Position numbers and translations under genes: made by a program
The notes under the pieces: generated by a model
The model's database searches: none
What the model saw: the letters and a program-made list of their open reading frames with translations, nothing else
What the model was told of the DNA's origin: nothing
Virus record (IMG/VR): IMGVR_UViG_3300017748_000001
Coordinates: 1 to 64,000 of that record
DNA: 64,000 bases
Strand: one strand, 5' to 3'
Source of the DNA: a virus
Shown here: positions 44,402-54,977 of the stretch, in pieces
Numbering within the stretch: the first letter of the stretch is position 1
Layout: the number at the start of each line of letters is the position of its first letter

Positions 44402-47400
44402 TTAAATATCTGACATTGACATTACAGATACTCTAACGTGTCTTGCTTCCGTGAGGTAACAAGTAAGAGTATTTGCGTCAGTCTCTTCTACAGGTACGAG
44501 ATCGTTAGCATACAATCCGTCATCACCCAATACCATAACTTGTACAACCAAGAAGTTGGAGTTCAAGTTATGTGAAATTGTGTGAGTCGTAGCAGTTGAT
44601 GTAGACTGGAAGGTAAACTTCGTAGAGTTTACAGCAGATCTGATCGCACTGTCACCAGAAATTCTAGCAGCAGTTTCTGTTGAGAGGTCACCCTCAACAT
44701 CAGAGATCAGTGAGTCTAACTCAGAATGACTAGCAGCAATCTGCGCGTCAAGAGCAGCATCAACACCCTTCATGGTTGTAGCAGAATCAATATAGTTCGA
44801 TCCACTGTGAGCGGAGAACGAACCATCTGCATTCAAACCAGCAGCAGCTTGAGTTGCATCAACTTCAGATTGCAGACCAGAAATTCCAGTTGTAATTGAA
44901 CCAGAAACTGAATCCGCAACAGACTTGATTTGTGCATCAAGAGCTTCGTCAGCAGATACTAATGAAGTCGCAGAAGCAAGATAGTTCGTAGAACCATTTG
45001 CTGTGTACGAACCATCTGTTCCAAGACCAGCGCCAGACTGAGTAGCATCCAATTCAGATTGGAGTGCGGTGTCGGCGGATGTTCTAGCAGAAGCTTCGGC
45101 AGTATCGGCAGAAGATCTAGCAGAAGCTTCCGCAGTAACTGCAGCAGTTCTATCTGTAACTTCTTGAGCAATCGCGTCAGCATTTGCTTTTGCCTGATCG
45201 TCTAACAACGAGTCAGCGTTTGCCAATGAAGTTGCACCAGAGATGTAATCTGCAGAACCGTCAGCACTGTAAGAACCATCTGTTCCAAGACCAGCACCAG
45301 ACTGAGTAGCATCTAATTCAGTCTGAAGACCAGAGGCATCAGATTGAAGGTTAGAAATGTCAGTAATTACTGAAGAAGCAACTCTAACACCAGAAGCCGT
45401 CTTTGTAAGAGTGGCACCGTCCAACTTCAACTGAAGCGTAGCAGCAGTATCTGTTGAAGAGGTAGATCCATCTGTAGACAACATCATACCAGAATCAGAC
45501 GCGAGGTCTAGACCAATTTCGTCTGAAGGTAGTTCTACAACACCAGCACCAAATGACAAGAACAGTTCATTACCATTCTTCTTGATACCAGCACCAGCTT
45601 CGATTTGTCCAGCACCTGAGAACTGTTCAAACGCCATGCTGGTAGAACCAACTGTGATTGCGTCTGCACTTACAAGTACGAAACCGTTGCTTGCGTTTGT
45701 AGTACCTTCTTCAACGAATGTGAACGCACCAGAAGTAACTTCGACATCAGAATCAAAATCTCCTGCTCTTACAGCAGCACCAGATGCCTGAACGACATAG
45801 ATACCGTTTTGACTTGCAGTAGACTGATCTTTAACAAGTACTCTGTCACCAGTTACCAATGAAACACCGTCAACTGTTGAACCATTAGCGAGTGCGCTTG
45901 AAAGGTCTACATTTCCTGTTGTAGCAACTCTTACTGAACCCTTAACATCAAGACCTTGAGAGTTCGCATCTACATATGCCTTTGTGGCAGCATCTGCGTC
46001 ATCTGTTGGTGAAGGCAAGTTAGTGATTCGGTTGTTACTCATGTTCAGAGTACCAGCCATTGTATCACCGGCCTTCTCTACTGCAGCGTCAGCAACAACA
46101 GATACTGCTGCGATAGCAGCGTCTAGTGCGGCGTCAACAGCCTTGAGGTTTCCAGATCCATCAATGTAGTTAGAACCACTGTGGGCGGTCATTGAACCGT
46201 CAGCAGCAAGACCAGCACCAGTTTGTGTTGCGTCTAACTCTGATTGCAGTGCCGCGTCAGCGTTTGCTCTAGAAGTTGCTTCAGAGGTGTCTGCAGCAGA
46301 TCTAGCCGAAGCTTCGGCAGTAACTGCAGCAGTTCTATCCGTAACTTCTTGTGCAACAGCATCTTCATTCGTCTTGACTTGAGTATCAAGTGCTTCAGCA
46401 GCACCTTTGACAGTAGTAGTTGAGTCGAGGTAGTTAGTACCACTGAATGAATCAAATGAACCGTCAGAAGCAAGTCCGACAGCAGCCTCGATTGCATCAA
46501 CTTCATTTTCTAGGGCAGTAATACCACTAGATACTGATCCAGCAACTGAATCTGCAACTGTCTTGATCTGTGCATCCAAACGTGAGTCTGCATCATGCAA
46601 AGATGTTGCAGCAGTAATGTAATTAGATGAACCATCAGCAGTATAACCGCCGTTAGCATCAAGACCAGCACCAGTTTGACTTGCGTCTACTTCAGACTGA
46701 ACTGCAGCAACAGCAGCATCCAAAAGATCATCAGCATTAGCTAATGATGATGCACCACTGATGTATGTTGCAGAACCGTTAGCGCTATACGCACCACTTG
46801 CAGCAAGACCAGCACCTGATTGAGTTGCATCCAACTCAGACTGTACATTTCCAATAGACGTTGCATTTGCGCTGTCTGCAGAAGCTCTTGAAGTGGCCTC
46901 AGCAGTAATCGCATCAGCGTTCACCTTGATCTGCGCGTCCAATAAAGAATCAGCATTCTTTAATGTAGTTGCAGTCGTAATATAGTTTGATGAACCATCA
47001 GCGGTATATGAACCGTCTGAGTTTAACCCTGTACCAGATTGTCCAGTGTTAACTTCATCTGATACTGCTTTAATTGCAGCGTCCAACAATGCGTCAGTCC
47101 CTTTAAGGGTTGTTGCACTATCAATATAGTTTGTTCCGCTATGCGACGTTAGAGAACCGTCAGAAGCAAGGCCAGCGCCAGATTGCGTGGCGTCTAATTC
47201 AGATTGAATCGCCGCGTCTGCAGTTTGTCTTGCGGATTCTTCAGCATTGACATCAGCAATTCTATTTGCAGTTTCTGCTGCAATTGCTGCTGTCATCTCT
47301 GTGAGTGTAACCGCTTGACGTACTACGACTTGATCGCTTCCGTCTAAACTAGAGAATTTAAATACCTTCTGAGTAGTATTATACCACAAACGACCAGCGG

Positions 47401-47503
47401 CCGCGGGTGTGGGGTCGGCAGCGACTTGCTCAATTCGTAAACTTTCGATTACTGAATTGTCTGCAAGCTTAATGCCATGAAATTTAATGTACTTATTAGA
47501 CAT
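44402..47503 (-). CDS. Segmented coiled-coil fibre (fibritin-like architecture)
   Basis: Nine (S/N)E(L/V)D...GL..(D/S/N)G...NY...LDA.IK units separated by Ala-rich heptads; central GDRVLVKDQ...QNGIYVV fibre domain. Confidence 0.75.
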   Translation of the reverse strand: MSNKYIKFHGIKLADNSVIESLRIEQVAADPTPAAAGRLWYNTTQKVFKFSSLDGSDQVVVRQAVTLTEMTAAIAAETANRIADVNAEESARQTADAAIQSELDATQSGAGLASDGSLTSHSGTNYIDSATTLKGTDALLDAAIKAVSDEVNTGQSGTGLNSDGSYTADGSSNYITTATTLKNADSLLDAQIKVNADAITAEATSRASADSANATSIGNVQSELDATQSGAGLAASGAYSANGSATYISGASSLANADDLLDAAVAAVQSEVDASQTGAGLDANGGYTADGSSNYITAATSLHDADSRLDAQIKTVADSVAGSVSSGITALENEVDAIEAAVGLASDGSFDSFSGTNYLDSTTTVKGAAEALDTQVKTNEDAVAQEVTDRTAAVTAEASARSAADTSEATSRANADAALQSELDATQTGAGLAADGSMTAHSGSNYIDGSGNLKAVDAALDAAIAAVSVVADAAVEKAGDTMAGTLNMSNNRITNLPSPTDDADAATKAYVDANSQGLDVKGSVRVATTGNVDLSSALANGSTVDGVSLVTGDRVLVKDQSTASQNGIYVVQASGAAVRAGDFDSDVEVTSGAFTFVEEGTTNASNGFVLVSADAITVGSTSMAFEQFSGAGQIEAGAGIKKNGNELFLSFGAGVVELPSDEIGLDLASDSGMMLSTDGSTSSTDTAATLQLKLDGATLTKTASGVRVASSVITDISNLQSDASGLQTELDATQSGAGLGTDGSYSADGSADYISGATSLANADSLLDDQAKANADAIAQEVTDRTAAVTAEASARSSADTAEASARTSADTALQSELDATQSGAGLGTDGSYTANGSTNYLASATSLVSADEALDAQIKSVADSVSGSITTGISGLQSEVDATQAAAGLNADGSFSAHSGSNYIDSATTMKGVDAALDAQIAASHSELDSLISDVEGDLSTETAARISGDSAIRSAVNSTKFTFQSTSTATTHTISHNLNSNFLVVQVMVLGDDGLYANDLVPVEETDANTLTCYLTEARHVRVSVMSMSDI

Positions 47504-47574
47504 ATTTTCCTCTCTGTTAAAAAGATTTATTTTTGCAAAATTAAATGATCCGGTAACTCGAATCGACAGTGTTC

Positions 47575-47582
47575 TATTTATA
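47575..47582 (-). promoter_or_regulatory. Late promoter for the fibre gene
   Basis: TATAAATA. Confidence 0.8.
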
Positions 47583-47599
47583 AAAAGAGAAGAGTTTAA

Positions 47600-48034
47600 T
47601 TATGGGGTTTCTGGTAACAATTCTACATTGTCGAAAATAACATCAACATAGCCAGTAATTGTTTCTGAGAGGTGTACTTTGAAACTATTAGAATCTAGTA
47701 CTTCCACATAGGCAAGAAATGGAGTTCCGTCCGTTTCGAAAAGTTTTTCATGAAACGAAGTAGTTCCTTTGTCATGTTGGATGACCCACTGATTCGCAGC
47801 ACTATTAATAACATATCTAAATGTTCTTAATACAGGTTTGTTTATCAGATCTGTGTAATCTGAAGATACAGCAATACTTGCAAGTTCTAAATTAGTTCTC
47901 GCTTCTTCAGCAGTGGAACCACCAGTTCCACCATGCTCCAGGCCGATGTGCTCGCCGGTTTGAAATTCAGCGAGCCCTTCGGTATTTCCTGTGCCATCCT
48001 TATTAACTCTAATTGGGATAGTAGAGTTAGACAT
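47600..48034 (-). CDS. Small structural protein
   Basis: GLEHGGTGGSTAEEARTNL fibre-type motif; C-terminus (WVIQHDKG) resembles the C-terminus of the 1033-aa fibre (HTISHNLN). Confidence 0.6.
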   Translation of the reverse strand: MSNSTIPIRVNKDGTGNTEGLAEFQTGEHIGLEHGGTGGSTAEEARTNLELASIAVSSDYTDLINKPVLRTFRYVINSAANQWVIQHDKGTTSFHEKLFETDGTPFLAYVEVLDSNSFKVHLSETITGYVDVIFDNVELLPETP

Positions 48035-48047
48035 ATTTCACTCCTAC

Positions 48048-51000
48048 TTACGATGATAGGAGCCGTGTATCCGCCTGTGATGATGTGATTCCATATCCAG
48101 CGACCATTGTCAAAACTCTCATACCATTACCAAATGGTTTAGTTGACATCAGGGCTTTATAGAGTCTTCTCTTATCTGTCGTTCCGGCAGTACTGAATCT
48201 ATCACTTGTTATCAAAGTATCCTGACCTACGGCACCTCCATCAGAAAACGCAATCAAATCCAATTCTTTTCCTGTAAAGAAGTATCTTTGTGATCCCAAC
48301 CTATTCGGGAATTGGATTACTAATTGTCCGTCTTCATTCAATGCAAGTTGTTCTAATATATTTAGTACCGCATGAGAGTCCGTCTCAGATATACCGGCGA
48401 AAACGTGTCTATCCCAAGGTTTCAGTACGTCTTTCTCGCGAACTACGAATCTTCTGAATCGTCCTTGGTTCTCAATATCAAAGGCTTTCAATTCTTGTTC
48501 TACGAATTCGTCAACCCTAAAGTCGAAGATTCTAGATCCGAATTGATTTGTCAAACCTTCTACAAAGACAGAAGTTGTTCTGTCTATTGTTTCTCCACTC
48601 GCCTCATCTACAGAGAAGAAAGGAGTCAAATCCGAATACAATAACGGTGGCTCTGAAGTCTGGTATACGCAGTGTACTGGTTGTGATAATGAATCATAAT
48701 CCGGAACACCAGTTGTAGAATCAACGTGTCTCTGAATAACAAACCATGCGTAATCGTCTGCCTGTGTGCTTGCTGCCTGATCTCTTAGGTAAAAAACAAC
48801 ACCATGATCCGCTACAGTCAATGTATAACTCATTGGGTATGTCAAAGCAACATTTCTTTCTTGCTTTCCAGTTCTTCTAAAGAATCCTTTTTGCATCCTT
48901 AGAGTACCAGTATTGAATGGAGTATCAAATACTAATTCTGTACTTGATCCTCTCAGATACTTATCTTCGTATCTAAATTCTGATTTGGTTGTTTCTGTTC
49001 CGTCAGAACTTCCTCCACCAAGAACTCTTTCTCCCTCTGTACCAGCAGAAACTTTATTGTAGTCGTTATAACCGACAATACCAGCAGAAGGATTCAGACC
49101 ACTGGTTCTGATTGCCTTGAGAGATTGTACTTCCAAGAAATCAGTAACTTCTGGAGATATTAAGTGAGTTCTTGCTCGGACATATCCTGAGTATTGAGGT
49201 CTAACTCCACCAAGGAATCCTGGCTCTCTAAACTCGCCCCTTTCAAGACCATCAGCACTTTGTATCGATGTTACAGTACCGTCTGCCTTAATCTGATATT
49301 CTGTGGCAACGTGAACCTTCAAATATTCAAAGTCTGTATTTCCTTTACTTCCCCCAACACCCTGATAGTTTTGGGTTGCGATAAACGGAGACGCATCAGT
49401 TACTTCATAACCTCTGCTGACTTCAAAACGAATTCTCCAAGGTTGATCTCCTGCGACACCACCCAAGTTTGATTGGTCATTTGTTTCTAAAACAACTGGG
49501 CCAATTGAGTGATCTGAGATTACTTCAAAACTTTCTAATTCTAATCCACACTCATGGTATGGGAAAGAAGAATAGTGTGCGTAGTTATCAGATACAGAAA
49601 CTTCTGGATGGAATCCACGCAAATCAGGATCGAATGATGTCTCTGGGCCCTTTCTATCTCCTTGAGAAATAAATCCTTCAGTAGAATATGTAGAACCAGC
49701 ACCAGATACAAACTTAGGCCCTGATGCACCAACAACGTGTTGTTTGTAGGAAGTAAAGTACTTAGTATTACCTCCCAAAGTTGTTGGATGCGTTACCGCA
49801 TTCGCTGAAGCAGTGGCCGCATTATTATAACCAGCACCAACCGCATCTGATAAGTGCGATATTGGATCTGCAAATGTTCCAAAGTCTCTTGCAAATGGGA
49901 ACTTAATTTTGACCTTTTGTCTTCCCAAAGATTCTGGCAATTGTGACCGAACAAATCCAACAGAAGTCAGAGGCCCTAAGTTAGGCGCTGCTTGTGCATT
50001 GAAATCTAACATAGTCATAGGCGTTACTGTTAGTTCACCTGCGAAAACTGCTTCTGATGGTAAGTCATCAATATACATTGTATTGTTGACATACTGAATT
50101 CCATCCCAAACTTCCATATCATACAAAGATACCGTAGTTGGAATATCTGTATAACTGTTTGATGTCATTTCGTTCATCATTAACAAGAATGCATCGTCAG
50201 CAAGAGAATCAGTTCCTGTCATTACAGAACTGAATGGATCCGAATCTGCAGTTCCAGCAGTATGAACTGTTGTATACTTGACAGAGTTCTCGTTCATCAA
50301 ACCATATGCACCAGTTTGGTTATGTATGGTAGTTTTATCCAAATACGCCCATGAATCTGTATTATACTCAAACTTAATTAGGTTAGACTCTAAACTAACT
50401 TTCATAAACTTGGAGACATAAGAATTCTTCATTACAGAGGTTCTTATCGCAGAACCTAATGCCGCAGCACTGAAATATTTTCTATCTGCAACATATTCCA
50501 AATTTAAATCGAATGTCGTTGGAGTGCTATATGTTTCAGAAGTAGAACTTTGAGATATTAAACCTTTTAGGACAAACTCAAATTTATCTCCATAGTACGC
50601 TTCGCTTGGAAGTGCAAAATCTACTTTGTGATGATAACCTCCCAGATAATAATTTCCGTCAGCATCCGAAGTGGTGTCTACTGTAGAACCAAATGATCCA
50701 TTTATCGCAGTTACTCCGATAGGTGCAGCAACAGCATTTCTCAATGAAGTATCGACAGCACCCATACCAGCGTTTGACCTTGAAGATTCTGTCCTGATTG
50801 GTTCTTTAGATTCTTGTCTGGTAGATGAATCATATCCTATTGCTAGATCAAAACCAACTTCATTAGATCTAAAGATAATATTAGAAGTATTCTGAGAATC
50901 TATTTCAAAACTATACTCAGGAAGATTATCGTTAAATAAATCTACCAAACGAGCGGCGAAAGTTGAAACTGAAGTAGATTCTACAGTAACTGTTAATTGT

Positions 51001-53975
51001 ACCGGATCTCCAAATAGAACATCACTGGAGGATCCAGTATACTTACCCTTAAATCTTTGGAAACTAAATGTGTATTCATCTCCTAACTGAAGACCAGTTA
51101 TTGCGACAGGAGATACACTATCATCTTCCGTTTCTAAAGATAGAGTCATAGAACCAAGAAGAGGCTTTGGTTCTATTTGATCTGAAGTGAAGAATGTTTC
51201 TGATTTATCTAATGCAATCCAGAAATGATGTTTGTTTCCTTGAACAAGTTCTTCTTCCTTATACTGAACCAAACTTGCTTCTGTGGAAGTAGAGAGCCCA
51301 GTAGTGACATCTTCCGGAGAGAACTTAACGCCCCTCGCAGAGTTAATCAAACATCTCTTAACTTTATTAAATTCATTCTCATAAATGAGTTTAGCGACAG
51401 TACCAATACCTACATATCCCGTAGAGTAGCCAGAACCAGAAACAACTCCACCGATAGGATCTTTCTTTAAGAAAGTTTTACCTTCGCCCGATCCCGATAT
51501 TGGATCATTTGCACTTTCTGGTTGAATCATATCTAATGTAATATAACTCATTCTTTCTGTTGGCGCGGCACCCCTACCATCATACTCATTTTGTTCATCG
51601 TAGGTTTGTCTGTTGAAGTTGCTGACACTATTATTCTGTGTCCAGCCAGGAACTAATGATGGGAATAAAGAAGATGTGGCGGCCGCCTGAACATCAGTAA
51701 CAGTCCAAGAATTATCTCCAGATGTTCCACCGATAGTAACAGAATCTCCGATTGAGTAAGTCGTTCCTTTGGAGTCATTAACAAGATTAACTATTTCTTG
51801 ACTATCCAGAGTAAATGTTTGAGATGCACTTCTTGCCTGAAGTAAAGTTTTTATTCTTTCAAATTCAATTCTAAATGAAAGAGATGTCTGTGAACCAACA
51901 CCAATGCCGGGACTATATGTTTGACTATACCCAGACCTCACATCACTCACACCTGTCAATTCTGTTTGTGCGCTAAATCTACTCAGTTTAGCAAAAGTCA
52001 GAGCACCAAAATCTCCGGTCTTGTCTCCCTTTTCCCCTAAAGTTCTAACTCCATTACTAGAAAAACCTGTCGATTGTGGAGGAATTCTAGTTCTTGTAGC
52101 AACAACAGAATCTCCTACTTCATATTCGACAAGCAGTTTTCCTCGTCTGGGAGAACTAGTGGATGCTGATGCTGATGTCGAACCACTACTGGGATAGTAA
52201 TTATAAGTACCAGTACTGATATAGATAATTGCAGTAGGGCCACCAGTTTGAACGGTGAAATTTGAGGCACTAACTTCAACCCATTCGCTGTCCGGGCTTA
52301 TATCTCCCGACCAATTTTCTGGTTTAAAGGTTAATGCGCCTATTATTGCATTTGGAGACGCCCCCAAAAATTGTGATGATGGGATCTTTGTATCGAAAGA
52401 TCTCTGTCCGTTGTTTGCGACATCCAAAGTATCTGAAAAATTTTCAAACCAACCACTGGCAGATGCGGTAGAAACATCATCATCTCCAAATGGATTTTCG
52501 GAAAATACTTTCTCGCCTGGGAAGAAATCTTTAGATAATGCTTCGACAACTAATTGTCTTCCTTCTGTCTGTTCTACCCATTCATCTATAAAAATTGTTT
52601 TTCTTTGTAGATTCCCGTATGGTCTATTTTCGACGTTGACTCTTGTGTTAATTTTTGCGTAAGTAGAATCGTCACTATCTGGAAGATCATTTTCGGGAAC
52701 ATAATTTCCTCCGTAAACCATTCCAGAGCTTGGAAGTCTACTCTTTAACATCTTGGGGCCGTAGGAAATGGTTACTGTCGAATCTTGCGACCAACTGCTT
52801 CCTGTCTTTGTTATCCCTGTAGAACTTACTGTGTAGTCGGGAGATGAACCTAATGAAGATAGTTTTGTTACAACCCCTGCTTCTTCAACAGTTACTGTGT
52901 ATACTTGGTCAACCGTATCATCAAAATCTGCGATTGAAAAATGTGTAGAAAATGTTAACTCAGTTTCTATTTGTGATCTGCCAGAAGATGATGCAGATGA
53001 ACCTCTAACTGATGCGAGAAGTTCTGAATCGAATGCCATATTCTTTTCAAATATATTTCTACCAACTACACACGGATTTCCATCTTTATCTAAAAATTCT
53101 GTAACAACACCAACCGCGCCAGATTGTTCGCCTATCACTCGTTGGCCAACTCTGAATTGTGCTACTTCAGTAAATCTTGCTGCAGCAGGATAAATTTCTT
53201 TTGCGAGAGGCTTATTATCGGCACCAGTATCACCAGCCAAAGAACCAGAGACATTTGAAGTCGTTACTGTGTCTTCGTCATTTGATCCTAAGAAAACACC
53301 AGAACCCTGTTCACCAACAGTGTCTAATTGATTAAAAACTCTTTCATACTTGTCTGCACCAACACTAAAAATGATTTTCCTTACTGGATTTTGGTGACTA
53401 GTATTGCCAGAAACTCCAGAAACACTAGTTTCATTGGTCATCATATTTGATGGGTGCGGATTTAGATATGCAAATAATTCTGAGTTAGGGCCTAGATATG
53501 TTGCTGATGCTGTAGTTCCATTTATTTGTTCTAGAGTAGGAAACTCTGACCATCTTTTATTCCATCGTTCCGCATCAGCATATGCTTGGTGAATAAATTT
53601 GAATCTTTGACCAGACGGTGTATTTCCATTTGTCAAAGGTAAATCGTAAACGAATTTATTGTGATCGTGTTCATTAACAGGAGGTACTGTATAATTTGGA
53701 ACCTTGTCGGGATCTTCATATGCATTACCATACGCTCCGCCGCCAACCGTAGAGGGATCGGAGTCGTAGTGGTATACAATGAATTTATCGATAAATGATG
53801 TTAATTCGCTGTCAGAAATCGTAAGTTTGATAACTTCGGGGCCTACATCGGTAAATCCGTTCGCCAATAAATCGTCGGTCAGCTGACTAAGAAGTGGTTT
53901 ATCGTCATCTTTATCCTTATCCCAATGATACCCGTCAAGATGTATAACATTATTTCGTTCAAGATTGACGCCCAT
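48048..53975 (-). CDS. Very large putative virion structural protein
   Basis: 1975-aa ORF under a late promoter; C-terminal WFVIQR.VD / FVVRE.DVLKP / FPNRL..QRY / GNGMR motifs. Confidence 0.65.
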   Translation of the reverse strand: MGVNLERNNVIHLDGYHWDKDKDDDKPLLSQLTDDLLANGFTDVGPEVIKLTISDSELTSFIDKFIVYHYDSDPSTVGGGAYGNAYEDPDKVPNYTVPPVNEHDHNKFVYDLPLTNGNTPSGQRFKFIHQAYADAERWNKRWSEFPTLEQINGTTASATYLGPNSELFAYLNPHPSNMMTNETSVSGVSGNTSHQNPVRKIIFSVGADKYERVFNQLDTVGEQGSGVFLGSNDEDTVTTSNVSGSLAGDTGADNKPLAKEIYPAAARFTEVAQFRVGQRVIGEQSGAVGVVTEFLDKDGNPCVVGRNIFEKNMAFDSELLASVRGSSASSSGRSQIETELTFSTHFSIADFDDTVDQVYTVTVEEAGVVTKLSSLGSSPDYTVSSTGITKTGSSWSQDSTVTISYGPKMLKSRLPSSGMVYGGNYVPENDLPDSDDSTYAKINTRVNVENRPYGNLQRKTIFIDEWVEQTEGRQLVVEALSKDFFPGEKVFSENPFGDDDVSTASASGWFENFSDTLDVANNGQRSFDTKIPSSQFLGASPNAIIGALTFKPENWSGDISPDSEWVEVSASNFTVQTGGPTAIIYISTGTYNYYPSSGSTSASASTSSPRRGKLLVEYEVGDSVVATRTRIPPQSTGFSSNGVRTLGEKGDKTGDFGALTFAKLSRFSAQTELTGVSDVRSGYSQTYSPGIGVGSQTSLSFRIEFERIKTLLQARSASQTFTLDSQEIVNLVNDSKGTTYSIGDSVTIGGTSGDNSWTVTDVQAAATSSLFPSLVPGWTQNNSVSNFNRQTYDEQNEYDGRGAAPTERMSYITLDMIQPESANDPISGSGEGKTFLKKDPIGGVVSGSGYSTGYVGIGTVAKLIYENEFNKVKRCLINSARGVKFSPEDVTTGLSTSTEASLVQYKEEELVQGNKHHFWIALDKSETFFTSDQIEPKPLLGSMTLSLETEDDSVSPVAITGLQLGDEYTFSFQRFKGKYTGSSSDVLFGDPVQLTVTVESTSVSTFAARLVDLFNDNLPEYSFEIDSQNTSNIIFRSNEVGFDLAIGYDSSTRQESKEPIRTESSRSNAGMGAVDTSLRNAVAAPIGVTAINGSFGSTVDTTSDADGNYYLGGYHHKVDFALPSEAYYGDKFEFVLKGLISQSSTSETYSTPTTFDLNLEYVADRKYFSAAALGSAIRTSVMKNSYVSKFMKVSLESNLIKFEYNTDSWAYLDKTTIHNQTGAYGLMNENSVKYTTVHTAGTADSDPFSSVMTGTDSLADDAFLLMMNEMTSNSYTDIPTTVSLYDMEVWDGIQYVNNTMYIDDLPSEAVFAGELTVTPMTMLDFNAQAAPNLGPLTSVGFVRSQLPESLGRQKVKIKFPFARDFGTFADPISHLSDAVGAGYNNAATASANAVTHPTTLGGNTKYFTSYKQHVVGASGPKFVSGAGSTYSTEGFISQGDRKGPETSFDPDLRGFHPEVSVSDNYAHYSSFPYHECGLELESFEVISDHSIGPVVLETNDQSNLGGVAGDQPWRIRFEVSRGYEVTDASPFIATQNYQGVGGSKGNTDFEYLKVHVATEYQIKADGTVTSIQSADGLERGEFREPGFLGGVRPQYSGYVRARTHLISPEVTDFLEVQSLKAIRTSGLNPSAGIVGYNDYNKVSAGTEGERVLGGGSSDGTETTKSEFRYEDKYLRGSSTELVFDTPFNTGTLRMQKGFFRRTGKQERNVALTYPMSYTLTVADHGVVFYLRDQAASTQADDYAWFVIQRHVDSTTGVPDYDSLSQPVHCVYQTSEPPLLYSDLTPFFSVDEASGETIDRTTSVFVEGLTNQFGSRIFDFRVDEFVEQELKAFDIENQGRFRRFVVREKDVLKPWDRHVFAGISETDSHAVLNILEQLALNEDGQLVIQFPNRLGSQRYFFTGKELDLIAFSDGGAVGQDTLITSDRFSTAGTTDKRRLYKALMSTKPFGNGMRVLTMVAGYGITSSQADTRLLSS

Positions 53976-54027
53976 ATGGAGCTCCTTTGCGCTTAGTTTA
54001 ATACTATATTTAGTTAGATTGTGTTAG

Positions 54028-54035
54028 TATTTATA
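54028..54035 (-). promoter_or_regulatory. Late promoter
   Basis: TATAAATA upstream of ATG 53975 (AAGGAG SD). Confidence 0.8.
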
Positions 54036-54051
54036 ATTATTTTTTACTCTA

Positions 54052-54969
54052 TCAAGGAGTAGAACCAGAAACTACCAAGTCAATATCATCCTGAGTTCCG
54101 TTTGCTAGAGTAAATCTTAACAGACCACTTATCAACTCTTGACCATCAAATGTAGTCAATAAAGGAACTTGTTCTTCTGTTCCATTGTTCAGTAGAAGTG
54201 GCAAGAAAGGAACGCTACTGCTACTAGTCGCACCGCCGCCCGATGTAGTAGATATTGTAGAAGGTATGAACTTACCAGTCGTATCGTCATACACAATACC
54301 TACAGGTTCTCCACCAGCAACCAGAGTATCTATTTCTGATTGCGTGTGTCCAGAATATTCGAAGTTATTTAGTGCGTTTTGAATGTTCTGTATATTATTA
54401 ACCAGAGACTGTATGTCTGTGCCGATAGATCCACCGCCAACTCCAAAGTCACCAACATATCTCGCACCAGATATGTAAATTACATTTCCATTGATTCCGC
54501 TTGGAAGATTATTTCCGATAAAATGAAGAATACCGCTTTGATAATCAAAGAACCATTCGTCGTTGTTTCCAGAACCAGCCGCAAATATTTGACTTCCAGT
54601 AGATTGGGGGGTTGACTCTCCGGAAGATTCTATGTATACTTTGACCTGATATGTAGAACCAAACTCTGGCGGAATCCAATCTGTCAATCCCGTTATCCAT
54701 GTCCTATTCGCAGAAGCGGTCAAATCCTTCGTACATTCCACTGTACTGGACTGAGAATCTAAATAGACCCCAACATAGGTAGTGTCTTCTACGGGCATCA
54801 CGGCGGGAATCTGTGCGGAATCTGACCACAATTTATCCCCTCTTATCAATAAAGGACTAGGAATGCTCTCGTTTGTCGCACCTTTTATTGAATTGATATC
54901 TGTCTTGGAAGCACCATAACCAAGCTTCTTCCATAGATAGTCAATTTTTTGATCGTCGGAGATTGCCAT
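54052..54969 (-). CDS. Putative virion structural protein
   Basis: 305-aa ORF in the late operon (DYLWKKLGYG..KTD, WFFDYQSGILHF). Confidence 0.6.
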   Translation of the reverse strand: MAISDDQKIDYLWKKLGYGASKTDINSIKGATNESIPSPLLIRGDKLWSDSAQIPAVMPVEDTTYVGVYLDSQSSTVECTKDLTASANRTWITGLTDWIPPEFGSTYQVKVYIESSGESTPQSTGSQIFAAGSGNNDEWFFDYQSGILHFIGNNLPSGINGNVIYISGARYVGDFGVGGGSIGTDIQSLVNNIQNIQNALNNFEYSGHTQSEIDTLVAGGEPVGIVYDDTTGKFIPSTISTTSGGGATSSSSVPFLPLLLNNGTEEQVPLLTTFDGQELISGLLRFTLANGTQDDIDLVVSGSTP

Positions 54970-54977
54970 TATTGCCT

